Positions 6,257 to 7,149 of a stretch of 7,149 nt of DNA are shown here, piece after piece. The translations under genes and the position numbers were made by a program. Below the pieces are notes generated by a model. That model searched no databases, had not been told where the DNA came from, and saw nothing but the letters and a program-made list of their open reading frames with translations. The first letter of the stretch is position 1; the number at the start of each line of letters is the position of its first letter. The DNA is taken from IMG/VR virus record IMGVR_UViG_3300002514_002723, positions 1 through 7,149 of that record, one strand, 5' to 3'.

Positions 6257-6721
6257 TTACCCGGCAATAGCGAGTGCTGGGCGTTCTCGGTAGATGTGGT
6301 ACACGGGGCGCGTGACATCCAGCATGGAGCGGATGCACGCCAGTTGAACCAGTTGCCCCAGCTTCATGATGCTGAGCGGAATGCTCTTCCACAGCAGCGC
6401 CCCTGATATGGGCTTTCGGTCTTTCCGTGGGCGTGCCGCAAAGCTTACGGTGACCGTCTTGGAGTCCAGGCCGCTCTGGCACGGAAATGGTTGGCGGATC
6501 TCAATCCTGGCCCAGGACGGGATGTCGTATGTCTTGAGCACTTCACGAAGTGAGGGCTCCAGATCAGAGAGCCCAAGCGCCCTCCGCATCTCGTTTACTG
6601 GGGTCACTCTCCATCCAAGCTTGTAGCTGAACTCCAGCCTTCGCTCCGTGATGCCGGTGAACTCAATGTAGTGTTTGAAGTCCCGGCCTCCGGTGTATTT
6701 GGCAATCATCTCCGTCTCCAT
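6257..6721 (-). CDS. Hypothetical protein (150-154 aa)
   Basis: Long ORF co-oriented with its neighbours and filling the gap. Start is ATG 6721 or ATG 6709 (the latter has GGAG 6 nt upstream). No motif recognised. Confidence 0.7.
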   Translation of the reverse strand: METEMIAKYTGGRDFKHYIEFTGITERRLEFSYKLGWRVTPVNEMRRALGLSDLEPSLREVLKTYDIPSWARIEIRQPFPCQSGLDSKTVTVSFAARPRKDRKPISGALLWKSIPLSIMKLGQLVQLACIRSMLDVTRPVYHIYRERPALAIAG

Positions 6722-6779
6722 GGCTGTGTGCCCTACGTACCACGATTCAGTGAATCAGGCAAGTTGGGTATCGGTGGTT

Positions 6780-6842
6780 AAAAAAAGTGGGCGGGCGCAT
6801 GCCAGGGGTGCAGGAACCTGACTTGCTCTCGACGCCGCCCGC
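6780..6842 (-). terminator. Terminator-like GC-rich stem followed by U7, with an unusually large structured interior
   Basis: Minus strand GCGGGCGGCG...CGCCCGCCC-AC-UUUUUUU. The interior contains the hairpin GUCAGG-UUCCUGCACC-CCUGGC. Confidence 0.5.
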
Positions 6843-6859
6843 GCCGACCCTGGGAGGAA

Positions 6860-6897
6860 CGGGAAGGGTCCAGGGCCCCATCCCTTAACCCTTCCCG
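6860..6897 (-). other. Strong stem-loop spanning the stop codon of the zinc-finger ORF
   Basis: CGGGAAGGGT (6860-6869) and ACCCTTCCCG (6888-6897) form a perfect 10-bp inverted repeat, extendable inward by AGGG/CCCU. Followed only by UUCCU, so weak as an intrinsic terminator. Confidence 0.55.
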
Positions 6898-7052
6898 CTA
6901 CATCCCCTCAGGTGGTTCTGTGCCCTTTTGAGGCTGCGATACGGGCCGACCCTGGCCTTGCAGCATCTGCAACGGACATAGAACAGCGGCCTGAGTCCCG
7001 CTGGGTTTGCGATGAAGATGCCCTTGTTGGGCTGCTTGAGGGGGGTGGTCAT
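6885..7052 (-). CDS. Small basic C2HC zinc-finger protein (55 aa), not in the ORF track
   Basis: MTTPLKQPNKGIFIANPAGLRPLFYVRCRCCKARVGPYRSLKRAQNHLRGCSGKG* contains C-x2-C-x15-H-x3-C. ATG overlaps the upstream stop (TGATG); SD-like GGGGGTGA. Confidence 0.65.
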   Translation of the reverse strand: MTTPLKQPNKGIFIANPAGLRPLFYVRCRCCKARVGPYRSLKRAQNHLRGCSGKG

Positions 7053-7149
7053 CACTCACCCCCCTTGGCTATGCCCTTGCACTTGGGACAAATGCGAAAG
7101 GGTCTGGCGATTAACATGCTCGACTCTGCCAGTAGTTCACTGCCTATGC
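7052..7149 (-). CDS. 3' end of a gene with a CxxC motif (probable zinc ribbon), truncated by the window edge
   Basis: Open frame ...IGSELLAESSMLIARPFRICPKCKGIAKGGE* whose TGA (7054-7052) overlaps the next ATG. Confidence 0.55.
   Translation of the reverse strand, partial: IGSELLAESSMLIARPFRICPKCKGIAKGGE

Larger units (their letters stand above)
1..7149. mobile_element. Phage/prophage-like replication and regulation module
   Basis: Primase + VapE-family ATPase + SF2 helicase cassette, Cro-like regulator, dense small hypothetical genes and no housekeeping genes. No integrase, att site or structural gene is visible, so the element type is inferred. Confidence 0.8.

Noticed and set aside
730-6626. 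Numerous 60-131 aa plus-strand and alternate-frame ORFs in the track
   Set aside because: Antisense or overlapping shadows of motif-supported genes in GC-rich DNA, with no recognisable motifs.
6843-6955. 11-bp direct repeat GCCGACCCTGG (6843-6853 and 6945-6955)
   Set aside because: Only two copies, GC-rich, one inside a CDS; compatible with chance.

Overview
Phage/prophage-like DNA replication region. A long minus-strand run carries (right to left): the 3' end of a CxxC gene, an unannotated 55-aa C2HC zinc-finger gene, a hypothetical gene, a 169-aa protein, a 165-aa acidic-tailed hypothetical, an HTH protein, a Zn-finger/TOPRIM primase, a VapE(VirE)-family P-loop ATPase/helicase, an SF2 DExH helicase and a small acidic ORF. 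It converges on a short plus-strand unit (Cro-like HTH gene plus a protein with a histone-H1-like KAPA repeat tail), which is divergent from a gene starting at the left edge across a sigma70 promoter with a 19-bp palindrome. Two observations stand out. (1) The 169-aa protein aligns by eye with both the N-terminal domain and the C-terminal winged-helix-like domain of the VapE ATPase in this window but lacks the ATPase core. (2) The 157-nt spacer before the primase folds almost entirely on the coding strand, including a 10-bp anti-Shine-Dalgarno helix, and a related hairpin motif recurs in three intergenic regions. All alignments and folds were done by hand; no database search was run.
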